From: Raillietiella orientalis
Lineage: Eukaryota
Assembly (NCBI GenBank): GCA_036172245.1
Contig: JAYWIR010000012.1
Span: forward strand, 248,001-312,000
DNA: 64,000 bases
Reading direction: 5' to 3'
Part shown: in pieces, positions 62,332-64,000 of the stretch
How positions within the stretch are numbered: the first letter of the stretch is position 1
Layout: the number at the start of each line of letters is the position of its first letter
The notes under the pieces: generated by a model
Database searches by the model: none
Told to the model about the DNA's origin: nothing
The model's input: only the letters and a program-made list of their open reading frames with translations
Program-made: the position numbers and the translations under genes

Positions 62332-63515
62332 TTAACTGTGCCAATTCAGAATGACCAGGGCAATACATAGTATGGTTGATAGTTCACAAACAGCAGCCTT
62401 GCTTGAGTAAAAAGTGTAATGCTCACAAGCTGGAGGGCAAACAGGCACAAAGGTCTCTGCAATACAAGAGTGTGTGAGTGTGAATTCATATTATGAAAGC
62501 TAGCAAGCACATACCAAACAACTGCACCACAGCATGTGAAGATCCCAGTTTATTGGATGCTCGACATGTATAATTGCCGTATTGACGCTTTTCCACGGTG
62601 ATAACTCGTAGAGTACTTGCAGTAAATTGGTCAGCAGTGGCAAAATTGGAGATTCTATACAGGCAAATAAGAAATGTTATATTCACTGTTCTACCTGTAA
62701 TGCTGGTTGTTGCTCAATTGAAAACCTTCTTTATGCCATGAAATGGATGGGCTAGGATAAGCTTCCACATGACATACAAGGTCCATGTCATAGTCTGCAG
62801 CTTGACCCACACGTGGATGGGGTGTAGTCACCACAGGGGCAAACTCAACTTCAAGTGCAACATTGCGACGAATACCCCTGCCCACTCCATTTTCTGCCAC
62901 ACAGTAATATGTGCCACGATCCTCTTTTTTCACTGAATACACAGACAGAACAGAGCCCCGGTAAATGGCACCACCAGTAGGCAATACAGCTGTATTTTCT
63001 CTCCGCCAAGAGATGCGGGCTTCTGGGAATCCTGAAGCATAACACTCCAGCTTTACTGACTGACCCTCAGATACAATCACTGAGCGTGTTGAATTATCAG
63101 ATATAACAGGGGGACGGCGCACTCGAATGTATGTGTTGGCACTGATTCCATTTTGCAAAGAGAGGACAATGAGGCACTGATACACTCCTGCATCAGATTC
63201 TTGCAAGTCCTTGATCTAAAATCCATCAGTCAGAAGTCCTTGTGGACAGAAAATGACTCCATACCTGCAGCACATAGGAAGAAGATCCTGAGTCATAGCG
63301 TAAGGAGAATCGGTTATCCCTTATCAACAGTGAAGGACCTGATGAGATGGTAACGGCATCAGAACCACGGGAATTCTGCTGCTGATCCACTTTGACCCAA
63401 TACACAGGGTAATCTTGCACGTGTTGAGCAGAGCATTCTAGCTGCACTGTGGAGCCAATGTCCACTATTTTCTCAGGAGAGATGTAGGAGATGCTTGGAC
63501 TTCTTTGTGGTGAGG
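62332..63515 (-). CDS. Lac: Lachesin (3 Ig domains, GPI-anchored adhesion protein); signal-peptide exon probably outside the window
   Basis: Exons 63515-63265, 63215-62695, 62654-62515 and 62456-62332. Motifs: QRSPSISYIS..IG.TV.L.CS, PPVISDNSTRS, LECYASGFP, WRREN.AVLPTGG, RGTYYCVAENGVG, VCHVEAYP, YGNYTCRASNKLG, VCPPAC plus a hydrophobic GPI tail. AATAAA at 62223-62218. Confidence 0.95.
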
Positions 63516-63609
63516 CTGGAAAGACACACTCTCCGAGGTTTTGGAAGAGAGCCACGGTGGGGGAGGTCACAAAAGTGATGCCAAAAGACACGAGGGATGC
63601 TCTGCTTGG

Positions 63610-63923
63610 CATGATCTGCCACTTGCGACGGATTGGAATCCTCTCCGGATTCCCTCAGGCAACCGGCCATGGTTCCCTCTCCGACTTGGCTGCACCAGAG
63701 CAACAGCAGCTTGTTTGCAAACGGTGGATGTATCCGAGATGCCTGCACGCAGCACGACCAAGTACGGCACGTTTTTGCTGAAGTAGGCTCTGGCTGCTGG
63801 GGTGACAACACCTTCCCTTGTGAGCTTCTACACGTCCTCGAGGCCAGATGCATGCGATGCAGAGAGAACGGAGCCGTGGTCACATATGTGCATGTATGTA
63901 CACGGCCGTATCTGCGCACGTGA
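63610..63923 (+). pseudogene. Decayed Sina-like relic in the presumed first lachesin intron (antisense)
   Basis: MICHLR ... TGHGSLSD ... LVCKR ... TFPCE. Confidence 0.4.
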
Positions 63924-64000
63924 GCAAGGACCGGATGCCTCCTAAGCGCGCCTTTGCCGCTCCCAGGGTCCGGTGGCCAAGTGGTTTCTGACGATCGTGA

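Noticed and set aside
63516..63612. In-frame ATG at 63612 as the lachesin start
   Set aside because: It gives a poor signal peptide, and there is a good acceptor at 63516. The true first exon is probably beyond the window, but this start is not fully excluded.
1..64000. CRISPR arrays, rRNA, transposase or reverse-transcriptase ORFs
   Set aside because: None recognisable in the sequence or the ORF track.

Overview
Eukaryotic, arthropod-like genomic DNA (lachesin is present; most introns are only 39-70 nt). Four conserved multi-exon genes can be reconstructed. They are Rictor (+, 5'-partial, stop at 7058), glycogen phosphorylase (-, 10 exons, 842 aa, 20321-7133), a gustavus/SPSB SPRY-SOCS-box gene (-, 281 aa, 46449-45453) and lachesin (-, 5'-partial, 63515-62332). 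There is also one apparently intact 2-exon orphan gene for a secreted 320-aa protein (-, 41278-40249) with a decayed inverted paralog. The main observation is that nearly all remaining DNA, meaning the large introns and the intergenic stretches, appears to be tiled at about 1 copy per kb, in both orientations, by heavily decayed, intronless relics of one gene family. The relics have the motif order of Sina/SIAH-type RING E3 ligases (CxxC ... C-x2/3-H-x2-C-x2-C ... CPxC ... RN[LF]A ... FPC ... GC ... H..C ... substrate-binding domain). I count roughly 55-60 candidate relics, and none is intact. The family call comes from manual reading across frameshifts against SIAH1 motifs recalled from memory. 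Direct nucleotide paralogy was seen for only a subset of copies, so a profile search is needed. Relic coordinates are approximate.
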